Shown: piece after piece, positions 48,946-62,971 of the stretch
Layout of the letters: each line of letters begins with the position of its first letter
Position numbering within the stretch: the stretch's first letter is position 1
Source of the DNA: Aplysia californica
Lineage: Eukaryota
Reading direction: 5' to 3'
DNA: 64,000 nucleotides
NCBI RefSeq assembly: GCF_000002075.1
Contig: NW_004797549.1
Location: 57,978-121,977 of the forward strand
Position numbers and translations under genes: made by a program
Notes under the pieces: generated by a model
What the model was told of the DNA's origin: nothing
The model's database searches: none
The model's input: only the letters and a program-made list of their open reading frames with translations

Positions 48946-51900
48946 GGGTGGACCAAGCTCTTCTGATGTGGTTATAGGAGGCAAGGAGAAAGTTGGTGCC
49001 AAAACCCCTGTTCATGGGTACTTGTGGCAAGGGAAACTACCCATGAATAGGTACAGCTGGATTAGTCCACAAATGCTTATTTTCCTTGCATTTCTGATTT
49101 TATTTTACAGGGATCAGATATAACAGGACTTTTTCTCTACTCCCATCATCCCTGTNNNNNNNNNNNNNNNNNNNNNNNNNNNNNNNNNNNNNNNNNNNNN
49201 NNNNNNNNNNNNNNNNNNNNNNNNNNNNNNNNNNNNNNNNNNNNNNNNNNNNNNNNNNNNNNNNNNNNNNNNNNNNNNNNNNNNNNNNNNNNNNGCATCT
49301 CTGATAGGACAAAGTGTTCGGAGGGCAATGAAAACCCTCCAGAAAAAAAACGAAGTAGATAAATATCCCATTGAGGATACAAACCATTGTACCTGTAATC
49401 CATGATGCATCAACCCGTCCGAAAATCCCCCCCCCCCCCAATAAACAAATAAAAAACAACACCCAAAAATGAAGAAAACAACAACAAAGGCAAGATGAGA
49501 TTATACACACCAGTTTACTTATACTTCATTAAAATAGACATGAGTTGTGCAACAAACACACTACTCTTCAGCAAAGAAGGTACTCACAGTGAGGGCAGAG
49601 ACGTGTGAAGAACATCAGAGCCACCCTCACTCGCCCTCATCTCAGTCACAAGGAAATCTGTTAATGCAACACACACAGACACTCAACACAGCTGTTATTA
49701 TTACTGGGGTGGAAATAGTGGATGCTCATTTTGTGATGCGAAGTAATGTGTTATTACTTACCCTCTAAAGCAGGGTCAAATTCAAATGTAGTCACTCTTT
49801 TTTCAAAAATCATATTTTTTCCAAAAACCACAATATATCTAAACAGTTACGGCCGGTCTGCAGACAACATCTTTTTCAAACAAACGCGTACATTCAGACA
49901 GGGTCAGTGTAGAGAAGCATTATGATTTTATAACACACATGCTAGGACTGTGCAGATGAAAGTAAGAGTAACCACATGAAAATTATGTTCATCCATTAAC
50001 ATAATAAAACAAAAAGAAAGACATATATTCTCAAGATTTTACATGTCAACAACATTTTTAACCACTCGTATTCACACCTGTGAGTATAAATTTCTTTCTG
50101 GCAAAAATGAACTCATCTAAGAAACATACACGATTCTATTTTTCACATCAGTTGGTGAACAAATAGACAAAGTAGGGAATAATTTGTTTGTTTGTAACAG
50201 AGAGCTACATCAACACGATGGTCATCTACTGCAAGGAGAAACAACAGAAGAAAAAAAATGAAGTAGGTCCTACCTACCTACTTACCTACCTACCTACCTA
50301 CCAGTGGTGCTTCAAAGTATGCTGTTCGTAAGGTAAGTGTTTTACGGCGCTTACAACCGCCAAAGGTCATAAATCATATGAGCACAAGGCATGCTGTTGA
50401 ATCATCAGTATCACAGTCAAGTCAATGGTAAGATCGGATTCAATTTTTGGTTTCCTCTTGAAAGCGCCTTTTCAATTTCTTTTCAGTAGTTTGAGTAAGG
50501 ACAAGCACATGGGCACGATAATGGGCATTCGGCGTGAGGGAAAAAAAACCAAGATACAGAAATAATTGAGGGTTAGAATGTAAATTAAATCCAACCTCGT
50601 AAGGAATGCCTTAAAAAACCCTGCTTTTCATTAAATCATGTAAACGATAAACAAATTCATGGGAAATGCAGAACTAAATAAACTAAGAAGACTAGAATAT
50701 GTAGATTTTAACACAAACTGTGGCAAGACCTTCTGCTTTGTCCACTCCACACTAACAAAAATAATTCTCATAAATGCTTAATACCCTAACACAATATTTA
50801 GATCCTTTAGGGAGCAGTAACAAACACAAATGTTGTCAAAGTTATAAAAGATATTTTAAAAACAATTGCAACAGTTGTTTCAACAATAAAATAAACTAAT
50901 AAAGAACAGAACTCCTTGTATTATAGCAATAAATCTCAACAGAGAAACAGAAAAAGGAACTGTAACGCCCTGTGTATGTTCCTTGTTTTATGGCAGTCTG
51001 ACATTGCACTTCAAAACATGGAGAAAAACAAACATTTTTTGATAAACAGATGCTCGGCACTGCCACAGATGTAAATGACAACAGTGTTTCTGTGGTTCAC
51101 AACACAGGGAAAGTCACTTTAATAGTTTGAGTTTCAGAAAAGCACACTAACACATCAATGGCAGGCTGCCCATCCATCAGCATATATGCTTTAGTACTCA
51201 ACAATTTAAAATTGAGTAATGTGGCTTAAAAATTGGTAATATGACTGTGGATAGTTTTCTTTCTTGGGGTGTCAAGGACAGGGGCTCTAGTCCAGTATAG
51301 TATAAATACTATAAATGTAATGTAAACAAGGGTGTGGCGCAAATAGAGGTCTTGGCTGGCTCGTGGTTGTCGATTTTTTTTTATAGCGAAAAAAAAAAAC
51401 AGGAAGGGGGCGGGTTACTGCTTGCAAACACAAAAGAAAGCAGAATGCTTTACAAGCCTTTGATCCTGATTGAGTATTATAACACATACCACACACCCAC
51501 CGCAGCTGATTGTTTCAAGTTTCAAACAATGATCCTATTTTTTTTTTTTTAGAATTCTCCCATTGGCCGGGGCCATAACCCACAACAGAAAAGGACAGGA
51601 ATTTTCTCACACCTTGAACTTGTCAGCCTACCTAATGTTCGCTTACTCCTATCCTGGCTTTAGCACTTCTACTAAAGTCTCATGCTTTTCTAAGGGCGAA
51701 GTAAGACAACCGCACGTGACATTAACACAGAGACTGTCCGGGTCTGAAGGTTTTTCTCCCCTTTTACACCAGGAAGGCTGGCAGTGGGTTGGGGTAGCCA
51801 ACATCTTTTTAAAAAATCTGAATCTGAGATATTACGACCGTATTTTCATAAAATTGAATAAACATCGTAACAATTCCGCCAGATTCGTAATGATGGGCAG

Positions 51901-52349
51901 CCCTGCAACTGTCAAATAGTACTTAGGAAAAAAAGCAAGAAGGACAAGACAAGAACAGAAGGTGAAAGAATAAAGAAGTAGGATCTACCAGATTGTGGAG
52001 GGCTCTTTTAAAACTTTTTTCCCCTCTTCACCTTGGTCACCCTGTATTCAGTTTGAACTTAAAAAACATAACAACACACATCAAACAATGCGTGATGCAT
52101 TCCAACACCCATAAGGGAAAACAAAACAAAAAGTTGTGATGAAAAAATGTTCACAAAGGAAAAAAAAATCCGAGAGGTATGTGAGCTTGCAATATTCACT
52201 TTACTTGTGACCTGAGGGACAGTTAATTCAAGGTATCACACATGATGACAAGGGGCATACAATTCACAGATGTGTGACGACTAGAACTACAATACTAAAC
52301 ACATGTTGAAACTAGTCAACAAATTATATTCCCAACATTTTTTCCCAAT

Positions 52350-52550
52350 AGATTAAAAATTTATGGCAAACACCAATTCTCTATGTCAAAGATATTATTT
52401 CTTAATTTGTTTCAAATAGGTTAAAAATTTATAGCAAACACCAGCTCTTTATTTCAAAGATATTGTTTCTTAACTTGTTTCAAATATGTTAAAAATTTAT
52501 AGCAAACACCATTTCTTTATTTCAAAGATAGATATTGTTTCTCAATTTGT
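52350..52550. repeat. ~68-bp tandem repeat x3
   Basis: ttaaaaatttatrgcaaacacca..tcaaagata unit repeated. Confidence 0.8.
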
Positions 52551-54842
52551 AATTTTCTAAAATTATATTTCTATCAACATAATTTAGATCATTTAGAAGG
52601 TCGGCTGCTTCCACCCTGAAGACAGCATGGAAATACTGGACAAAATAACTCCCTCGCCAATTGGGAATTAAATTCACACTATCCATCTGTATGCGATGAC
52701 ACTGGTTTGTGGGGATGGAATAAAGAAAACTGATAGCTCCAAAACTGAGTCAAACACTCCTCTAACATACGAATGAATGGAACCTTAAAGCTATTAAACA
52801 AGATGTTGGATATAACTAAACTACCGCTGACCGATGCCTGCAAATACCACTGACCACTGTAGTCCACATCCCATGACCTTTTGATCCCTTTTCAATGCTG
52901 GAGGTCATTAATTTAACTCAAGTATTGACCTCCATCTCAGACAAGACAAAGCAATGAGTTGAAAACCATGAAATATCACCAGCTGATCAGCATCCATGTT
53001 TCAAACCAGAGTGATGAACATCATATAATAATATAGTGTAAAGCGCATAGAGCCTGCTGTTGAGCGGGGATATGCGCTATACAAATGCTATCTATTATTA
53101 TTATTATTTATTATAGTCCAGAAAAATAACACCAGGGCTAAAGTTGTGCTTCAATTCCACCCTCAGTCTAAAATTACAAAAGAAATTGAAATGAACAGTA
53201 CAAAAGTGTTAATTCCAGTTCACAACGTTCTCATGAAGACGCGAGTCAAAAGCCAACACAATAGTAATATTATGGCAATATCTGCAGACAAGAGCTACAG
53301 CCATGGACCGGTATGACTGCAATGACCACCATGTGAGGGTGTGCAATGATTAGAGAAAAATTCACTAGGTCGATGGAGGAATTTAGGAAATGTATTAACT
53401 GCAAATACATAAAAGAGGGAAAGGAAAGAAATAAAATCTACTAGAAGCGACTTCTAATCATGCGAACACAACGTTGAAAATCAAAGAGTTTGCAATAAAA
53501 GTAGGAAAAAGAGAGAAACACTTCAAACAAATACTTGCCATTTTAGGTCTAAAAAAGGCAATGTACTTGATAAGACTGAAACAACCGAGATCAAGATAAA
53601 GTAAAGAAGGACCTACTGGTGATACCTTCCAAAAATCTGTTCCAAGAAAAATAAAGGTTACTACAAAAATCCCTACTTTTAACAATGAGTAGACCACTTC
53701 AGCAAACGAATGTTCTGTTTCTTACTTCAAGAAGAGAAAATAGTTTGTTTAGTTTTAGTTACAAGTTTTACTGCACTTGCAACACAGACAGGTAGGTCTT
53801 ATCAGTTCCAAAGATTTAGAAGTCTGTAACATACAAAGAAATGAAGGACAGAAGAAGACGACAGATGTTTAATAAGAAAGAAGGAGCAAACAAGACCAGA
53901 GCTCCTGTCAACAACCCATGAAAAAAGAATTGTGAGGGAAGATCCACACTGAAACAGTTGGATTTTAAACAGAAAGGTTGGTGAATACCCACTTCAGATC
54001 AATTCTCTCCCCCCCCCCAAAATATGCACCCTATACAGACCATAAAAATCAGCCTGATGCATCCAGCAATCTCACAAAAAAAGACAAGTCTGGCTGTTGC
54101 CCTGGACCCATGGGCACCTCTATGTACAGATGGTCACCATTTTGATCTTCACTGCAGAATTCACTGCACTATATGTACAGACCTAAACATAGTAACAAAA
54201 ATATAATGTTGCTCGTAAACAAAGTGTGGTGAAAATTAAAAAACCTAAGGACAGTAGCAAAGTGTCTATTGTAAACAATAACTGAGGAAAGGGGGGGGGG
54301 GTAAATAAAGCTGAGGATTGTTTAAAAAAATATTAATCTAAAACAACGGACACAAAAAAATTTACCCTGTTTCGTTTCAACAAACACATAAAAAGTATTT
54401 TCAGCCAGCCTTCCTTTTAATAACAATTGAGTTTTTGGAAATGTTCATTCTCATCACTCCCCCCTCTCACGCAGAGATGCTCACATTGCAGGAGGGAGAA
54501 AGAGAGTTAGTTTGAGCAAAGAGAACCACATTGGCACAGTAATCATCGTTCGGTGTTATGGGGGAAAAAGCAAGACAGACAGACAGACAGACACAACAGA
54601 GGGAAAGAAAAGAAGTAGGAACTACTAGGGTATCCTCCAACCACCTGGATCTAGAGAGATAGTTGGGGAAAAAAAGTAGAGAGGGCAGGAAAGTGGGAAA
54701 ACTGATACACACCAGGCTATGGCATCTTGTTGGGAGATTTTTGACACCTCAAGACACTGGTTTTTTGTTGTTTTTTTAATTGATTGGATAAATTTTACTC
54801 CCATTTGAACTCAACTCAAATCATTTTAGAGGCAGAATGCTT

Positions 54843-55170
54843 CAAATCTTGTTAGACCTAACCCACACAAAGAGGAATACAAAGTGGGCCTGACGTTGTG
54901 TCCTTGGGAAAAGCATTTTGCATGAATTTTCCTCACTTCACCCAGGTGGTAATGGGTACCTGGCCATAGACAGTGAAAGATCTTGTCAGTATGTTAGTGT
55001 TTTAGCGCCTATAAAAGGCTATTTGCACAGTATGCTTCCCAGGAAGTTCAGGTTGTTTCAGAATGCTCTCAGGTCTGCTGGGGTAATAGAATAGATTGTG
55101 AAGCGCATAGAGCTTGCTGTTGAGTGGGGATTTGCGCTATACAAATGCTGTCTATTATTACTATTATTAT
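54843..55170 (+). mobile_element. CORE-like SINE with L2-like tail
   Basis: gttgtgtccttgggaaaagca..cacccaggtg..atgggtacctg central domain; tail gaagcgcatagagc..gcgctatacaaatg..(tat)n. Confidence 0.7.
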
Positions 55171-57017
55171 TAATACAACATCCCAGAAGAAAGAGAGATG
55201 CTCGATAGAGTAACTTCTTCACGCAATCTCAAGATACTGGGAAATCTAGAGAGAGCCCCCAGTGCCTCTCCTGCTACAAAAAAAGAAAAATCAAAGGTCA
55301 CATCACAATCACAATTTGTGGTCACAGAGCAACCTTCAGCTCTACATTCTACGTATATTCTACCGAGCCTAACACTTCTTTTAACAAATAGCAATAAACA
55401 TATGAATAAGAAACAGAAGAAATATCTGTGCAAGTAAAAAGATACCCGTTTATACATAAATGCACAAAATCTGTCTAATGCTTAATCAGAGAATCTGTCA
55501 CTTCAAACAAAAGCATAAATAAAGATAAAGGTCCCAGAAAAACTAAAGGTAGCTGCTTTTCAAGAAGCAATCATTTGTGGTTTCATTACAAAACAAAAAG
55601 ATAAATAAATATAATTTTTTTTTAAAAACAAAAACCTGTCACCAGAAAAAAACCCTGAAGAGGAGAGAACAGATCAACAAATTTGTTACATGTTTTTGTT
55701 CAGTCACACCAGCCACAGATAGCAATAACAACGAACGCCCGAGGGGCAGGTGTACGTGTGGGAGGAAAGAGAAGCACATCGACACAATACCAGTACTTTA
55801 GGGCAGGTAAAAAGTAAGATCGACAGACAGAACAGAGGGAAAGAAAAGAAGGACCTAAAGCAGTACTCTCCAACCAATCCCTGTTTTGTTTGGATGCTCA
55901 AATCATAGTGGCCACAGATAATGGAGAAAATGTTCGGGCGATGGTCAGGACTTGACATGAAAGCAACATGATATAAAAAAGAATAAAGACACCTCAAAAA
56001 CAAAATCTTTATCACAACGAAGCAACTCTTTTTTTGTTTGAGTAAAAAAATGCATAATATTGACACAATAAAGTTCATGTGCTGGATGGAAAAAATAAGA
56101 CAGATAGACAGACACAACAAAGAGAGATGAAAGAAGTAGGACCTACCAGCAACATCCTCCAACCACCCATAAGCAGTCAGAGAGCGAAATCAACTCCACT
56201 GTACAGGACAAATAAAACCGACAGGAAATAATATCAGTACCTAATGCAATCTGTTCACTAACAATAGGTTGTAAGGGTTCACACACATTTTGACTATCCC
56301 TCAACTTCATTCCACGTCCACAGCCATCACATCTACAGATTCCAGTAGTTAGGGTAAGCTTATCTCAACACTTCTACGACACATATATTTAGGTGTACGT
56401 GTAAACATGGTGAGTATATGAGTGTATATCTAAATATCTCAAGACTAAATAGCAGATCATGGAGTACAGAGAAAAATTTCTCGCATTCGGTACTCAGGCA
56501 GGCTTCTCCACGTAAAAATCTCAACAAATAAATCACGCAAGTGTGCTGGGGCGGAGGGCATACCAAACTCCGGCAGACATCTTTCCACAAACAGCAACAA
56601 ACAACACAGCCTTTGAACCCGTGAGATCAAAATGTGCCTACGACAGCCCGGCATAACAAAGTCAGCAGCACAACCCAAACACACACATATATACATATGA
56701 ACACATGAACAATTTGATGAAAAAACGCGACAAATGCCATTTTCAAAGTTCGGCCAAAACTAGTACTGTCCTGTCTAGAGAGTGAGGCACGTTCCAGAGT
56801 CAACTTCTTTTTTCAAAAAATGAGATTTTTCCTGATTCAAGGGCTGCAGAAAGTGAAGGGTTTGTTTTACAAAAATGGTTGACGTTTTTTTTGAAAAACC
56901 ACGACATATCCTCTGTGCGCCAATCAAGTGCTTCCCACAAGTCACGTGACTTAGCCTGTCTGAACACCTACAGTACTGTCAGTCGCCAGACCATAGTATG
57001 CGCTCACTACCTCAGGC

Positions 57018-57130
57018 ATAAATAAACAACAAATGGACGCACTGCACTGAATTAAATGCCAAAGGAAGTAATTTATAAATAAACAACAAATGGACGCACT
57101 GCACTGAATTAAATGCCAAAGGAAGTAATT
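57018..57130. repeat. Tandem duplication, 57-bp period x2
   Basis: ataaataaacaacaaatggacgc..ggaagtaatt at 57018 and 57075. Confidence 0.9.
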
Positions 57131-58238
57131 CTATTTGATAGCGGAATGGTTGATGAACCTCTATGAATTTTTAAAGCCAGTTTCTAGTGCTGCTAATTTT
57201 TTTGTTTTATCTTAAAACAATCTACCACGCCTTCAGCACTCTAAACTGGTGCGGTACTTGAGGGTTTTTCATTATATGAGCCTTCGGTACTGTAAGTGTT
57301 TACGATTTTGTCAGCGGCGGCTCTTTCCCTTCTTAATTATTGTAATGTGGATATCAAGCGTTTTGTCAAAAATGTGTGGACATATCCCCAATTTAAAGGA
57401 TAACCATCCAACATAGATTTAATCATACAGCAAATATCAGCTAAGCCTTACATCATGTTCAATTTAAAAATCAAAGTTGCTCAAGAATATTCAGTACATA
57501 GATGAAAAACACAAATCTTCATTTTTCTCAAAACCACAAAAATGGATATGTCGCAAAACTGTTCATGTATACATATGAACATGATCGCTCAGAACAACAA
57601 GCAACAAAAAAGTCAGCAGCACTATCCATACATACAACTCACACATACACACATAAACATATGAACACATACACACATAACAGCAAGAACAATGTATACA
57701 CAACACACATGCACACACACGAACCTACAAGTAGACATAAGTATACAAACACTATTACACAAGAACATACACATACACCAATGTATACACACATTAACAT
57801 ACACATATCAACTGCTTAGTGTAATACTACAAAATATAGACCACTTGGAAAAGTGAAACATGATGCAGTCTTACACTGAACAGTCAATTTTATATTTATT
57901 AATACACACAAAGAACTAACTCCTCGCACAAGCACATTACATGAACAAACAGACATACCCATCTAAGTACAAAATTACTGGGACCAGCAACCCCCCACAC
58001 TATAGCCCTACCCTCCACCCAGCACACACAATTATGCCCTGCAACAGTTCCTCACTGACCATATTATTAGCAACAGAAGTAACTAATCAGTTAATTAAAA
58101 TGATAAAAAATTGTTACAAAAGGGACTGGGGCAAGAGAAGGGGCGCTCAAAGAGACAGGGGATGCCAGACACATGCACAAATACACAAGCAGTGATGACT
58201 GACAACACCTCCCCCTCTCCTCGCTCCCTCTCTCGGGA

Positions 58239-58422
58239 TCACTCGACTTTCTCTCGTTCAACGATGGGTGCAGCCTCCGGGGTCTGGTCACTGCCTGGGG
58301 CCGGAGTGGGCGGGGCAGTGGGCGGGGCAGTGGATGGGGAAGCAGACTGACCATCGTTCACAGGAATTTGCTCAGCCGAGGACACGCCGTTGGAAACTGG
58401 GGGAGAGCCAGCACCACCAGAC
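58239..58422 (-). CDS. MBOAT2: MBOAT1/2-like last coding exon (low-complexity tail)
   Basis: ccag|G acceptor in phase 2; SGGAGSPP..EREKVE*. Confidence 0.75.
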
Positions 58423-61316
58423 CTGGAGGGAGAAAATGGAAATTGAAATTTTTTTCCTTTTACGGCCCCATCAACACAATTTAGATAATGTGGGAGGCAA
58501 ACTACATCCACCATGTCTGTCGAGGCCAACCCAGCATGAGGGGGAAACAACATCCTAGCAGATAGACGAAGATGTTCAAAAAGAAAAAAAAAACCCTTCT
58601 CCACAAAGTAATCAGCAGTAAAAGAAACAGACTCCTCGGTATCTACTACTTCTATCAATAAAAAGTGAAAATTTAGTATTCAAGAGATAATGGCATTTAT
58701 ATAGTTGAACCTCAGCTCCAAGTGTAGAAAGGCATATGAAAAGAAGGAGGAAAACAACAAGAAAAAGAAGTTTTATGTTCTACTAAGTGTTTTGCAGCAC
58801 TTGCAACACAATAAGGTCATATAAGTACAGAAGATTAGGGGTGTTACAAGAGAGTAACAAACACAAAAAAGAAGAAGGGCAGATAATAGACCTGTAAGTG
58901 TGCCTGAACCAGATTGTCTGAGAATTTTGCACACACCACACAACCCCCCCCCCCAAAAAAAATCCATTTCCCACATAAGAGCTTTTGAGCGTGTCATAGA
59001 ACAGCAGCACTTGTAGAGGAACTGCTGGCATCAGCCCCCTAAAAAGAACCTGCAATGGCCCTTCAGAAATGTTTTTAAAAAACACACCCTGAAACAAACA
59101 AGGAGCATAATGGCCTACATTGTTATAAACAGTTTGATACAATAACAATATAGAATTGGAATGGGAATCCTCCATATAGTAATCTTAGATAAATCTAAAT
59201 CTAGATCTAGTAGAACAAGTGAATAGGAATAGGCCTTGAACTAAATCCGCATCCAAACAGAGGGTAGGGACTCAGCTGAAGCAGAGTCTAATAATTTACG
59301 CACCTGAGGAAATGCACTTTTGCAAATATTAACATTACAGCACAACCAATAATAGTGTTTGACACAATAGAACTGGAATATGAATCCTCCATAGAGACCT
59401 AGATCTATAGTGATCTATATAAATCTACATCCAGTAGAACAAGTGAGTAGGCCTTGAATGAACTCACATCCGAACAATCGGTCAACAGACGAAACTCAAA
59501 ATGGCAGCTCGAGCACGAAACTGAAAGTAGGTCTAATTTACGTCGCCTTCCTTTTTCATATTCATATTTCTACTCAAGTTCCGACAATTATGTCTGAAAT
59601 GCCAACGTCGGCAGTCGGCACCAAAACGGAAGTGCAGATAAAGCCAACCGGAGAAAAGGGGGTGCTGACGATTGGCCAGGCCTCGCACTTCGCACACTGA
59701 CCAATACAGGTGGGCCTAGCGATAGCATCACCCGCGTCGCGATTGTCGGATTTCAGACGATTGTCAGCAAACACGCAGGGTTAAGATAAAGAGGATAGAT
59801 GTTTGATAGAAAAGAAGAAGCAAACCACACCAGAGCACCCGCCAACAACCCACAGAAAAAGAAGAAAAAAATCACTGTCGTAACACCGAACCTACTCATC
59901 CATACCTAGAGGAAGGCCTGGTGGAGGCAGCGGAAGCCGAGCCTTGCTTGGCCGTAGGCAGGAAGGTGAAGAGAACGTAGGCCATGGCCGTCATAATGTG
60001 GAGGTAAAAATACAGGGACCTGAGGAGTGGAGTAAGGTGATGCATACAACAAGAGTAAGGATTTTTTTTTATCCCCCTTAAGAAACAAGAAAATCATCAT
60101 CACAATAATGGTAATTTTTTCTCTGTTAAATTGAAAGTTCTGGAGCAGACATTGACCACAGTATCCCCCCCTATTACTTCCTGATGTCGGTCTTCCTGAT
60201 TAACTCACTTTTTACTGAGTTGTTGTAAAGCTGTTCAGGCCATCTGTGCATGTTGTTCTCTGTATGAGCATCCAACTAGTCTATAGTCACCAGCACGGGT
60301 CTAGTAGTATATAGTCACTTGAACCTGGGTATGGGTCTTGTGTACAGTCTCTTGAACATGAGTGCAGGATAGGTTCATTGTGACTCATAAATGAGTAAAG
60401 ACTCACAAGGAACTCCAAGGAACATTTTGTTTTATATGAGAAAAGAACACAAGTACTCACAAGTACATGGGAGAGGACCACGCACAGACGTACATATATA
60501 TATGAAAAATCATTACCAAATGTACTTGTACATGAGAAACAAAGCACACGCACTTACTTTTAGTTTTTACTTTTAATAAGAGTATTACTGCATTTCCAAA
60601 ATAATTAGGTCAAACAAGAGCCGAAGATTAGAGGGGTTACAAAAGAGTAACAAACATTTTTTTTTAAAGAAGCGAGATAAAGATGACAGATGTCCAATAG
60701 GAAATAAGGCTCAAACAGCACCAGGGCAACTGATAACCACCCACACACTTACTTGTACATAAAGTAACAGGAGTAAAACTCGAGCACCAGGAATGGAAAG
60801 CAGAGATAACAGTTTGTGAAGCGGGTGGCGATGAAAGTGATCACATCGTACACTTGGATCTTGGTGGGACTGGTCTGAAACCATGGACGGACTTTGCGAC
60901 GAACCTGAAACAGACCGGTGCAAATTAGGATCTTTTTTTTAAAAACTGTAAATGTTTTACGTTTAAATTGAAAAAAACTTGGGATTGTTAAAGAGGCAGA
61001 AAGTGCTGCTTCAACCCTGTCGGGCAGGTCCAACCTAATAAAAGTAGAACAGTTTCATTTAGTTTTACTAAGCATTTTACAGCATTAAGTTTTAGTAAGA
61101 GTTTTACTGCACTTGCAACACAATTAGGTCATATAAGTGCACAAGATTAGAAGTGTTAAAAGAGAGTGACAAACACAAAACAGGAGGAGAGATGAGGAAG
61201 ATAGATATAATAGGAAAGATGGAGTAAACCACACCTGAGCAACTGCCAACCACCCACAAAGGCCCCTCAACACCATGCATAAAGAAGTAAAACAGAAGAA
61301 CACACACACACACGCA

Positions 61317-61370
<54 letters not shown>

Positions 61371-62971
61371 NNNNNNNNNNNNNNNNNNNNNNNNNNNNNN
61401 NNNNNNNNNNNNNNNNNNNNNNNNNNNNNNNNNNNNNNNNNNNNNNNNNNNNNNNNNNNNNNNNNNNNNNACACACACACACAAACTCACCTGTCTCGCC
61501 ACAACGGTCATGAAGGCCCCACCGCCAAAGGTGAGGTAGTAACCGGGGTAGAACCCGTGCCAGAAGGCACTGCAGGCAAACACGGCCAGCGTGTTGTTGG
61601 AGGGCGGAGCGCGATCGTAGACCACACGACGTAGCCAGATAAGCGTTTTCTTGTTCCAGCTGTCAATATTCACTTTGAGACTGGTAGAGAGCTGAAATAT
61701 GACACAAGAGCGAATATGACAAATATGACAGCCGAGAGATACTCCTGACAGGCCATATACAATCGAAATAATTCATTTCAATAAAAGAGTTTTACAGCAT
61801 CTGCAACATAATTTGGCCATTTCAGTGCCAAAGATTAGGTGTTACATGAGAGTAGCAAATACGAAAAAGAAAGAGGAGAGATCAGGACAATAGCTGCTTG
61901 ATGACAAAGTAGTAGCAAACCTCACCTAAGCACCAGCGTACCACCCACTGCATGCCTGAGTGATTACACACCTAACAAGCCATATGCAGTCAGACACAAA
62001 TAACTCAAACACATAGGAAATTAATAAATCTGTTCGACACATTCCTAACCCGGGTAAACTAATAACCAAAAAATTAAAGAGATATTGGTCAGGAAATGGC
62101 AAATTGTACGAGCTAACGTAGCTACCCATGTTTTGAGTTTTACATATTCCTGCTATCTGTGCCCGACTGTATTACCCTTTTATCAATATGAAGCTAAAAT
62201 GGCATCATCCTGACCAGGCAATGTCATGCCATTGACGAACTTTGGTTTTCCTATGAGTTTCACAGCATATGCAACACAATTAGGTCGTACACGTTCCAAA
62301 GATTATAGGTGTTATTAGAAGGTACCATATACAGAAAATGAGGAGTGGAGAGAGATAAGGATGCCCAATAATTGATAGAAAAGGAGCTAACCACACCAGA
62401 GAACCCAGCAACCACCCATAGACTACTTTCATTTCGTAAATATGAAGCTCAGACAGCAACATGTCGGCTTGAGATGCAGATTCAAACACAATTAAGTCAT
62501 ATATGTGCCAAAGATTAGGGGTGTTGCATGAGAGTTACAAACACAAACAAGGATGAGAGATGAGGACGATACACGTTTTATAGGAAAGAAAGCAAACAAC
62601 AACAGAGCACCTGCCAACCACCCATTTTTGGATCAAAACACATCTTTTGCAGGCAATGGCAAAGAGGTTAACGATCACATCATAGATGTCTGTAAATAAA
62701 TAAAACTATCATTGCTGTTATACACGTAGCTGGAACAGTTAAGCAGATAACAAAGAGGTCGTCACATTTCTGTGTTCCAGAAGATGACAAGAGAGTAAGC
62801 ATCCAAAAATAGAACTTATGAATACAGGAGAGGGAGGAGAGAGCAGGAAACAAGAGCCACCTCTTACCTCAACTCCCAAAATATCTACATTATCTGTGAG
62901 GTCCCACTTGGGATTTCCCTGAGAATCATAACCGCTGAAACCGAGACCAGCAGCGTTGTTGATGGCATCAG
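58239..62971 (-). CDS. MBOAT2: MBOAT1/2-type lysophospholipid acyltransferase, 3' part; exons 62971-62868, 61691-61491, 60904-60753, 60019-59906, 58422-58239
   Basis: DAINNAAGLGFSGYD..WDL, WN..T..WLRRVVYDR, catalytic-His motif SAFWHGFYPGYYLTF, VRRKVRP; phases consistent. Probably co-orthologous to MBOAT1 and MBOAT2; gene continues beyond the window. Confidence 0.92.
59906..60019 (-). CDS. MBOAT2: MBOAT1/2-like exon
   Basis: SLYFYLHIMTAMAYVLFTFLP..PSSR. Confidence 0.85.
   Translation of the reverse strand, partial: VPVFLPPHYDGHGLRSLHLPAYGQARLGFRCLHQAFL
60753..60904 (-). CDS. MBOAT2: MBOAT1/2-like exon
   Basis: VRRKVRPWF..YDVITF..PFLVL..MYK. Confidence 0.9.
61491..61691 (-). CDS. MBOAT2: MBOAT1/2-like exon with catalytic His
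   Basis: LSTSLKVNIDSWN..FWHGFYPGYY..VARQ. Confidence 0.95.
62868..62971 (-). CDS. MBOAT2: MBOAT1/2-like exon
   Basis: DAINNAAGLGFSGYDSQGNPKWDLTDNVDILGVE. Confidence 0.92.

Noticed and set aside
52610-52650. Minimal Penelope-type hammerhead CTGAAGA..GAAA
   Set aside because: No stem III/UH site or stem I complement.
49300-58238. Very long MBOAT 3'UTR or an additional gene
   Set aside because: Strand skew is suggestive, but no exon chain or decisive polyadenylation site can be supported without transcript data.
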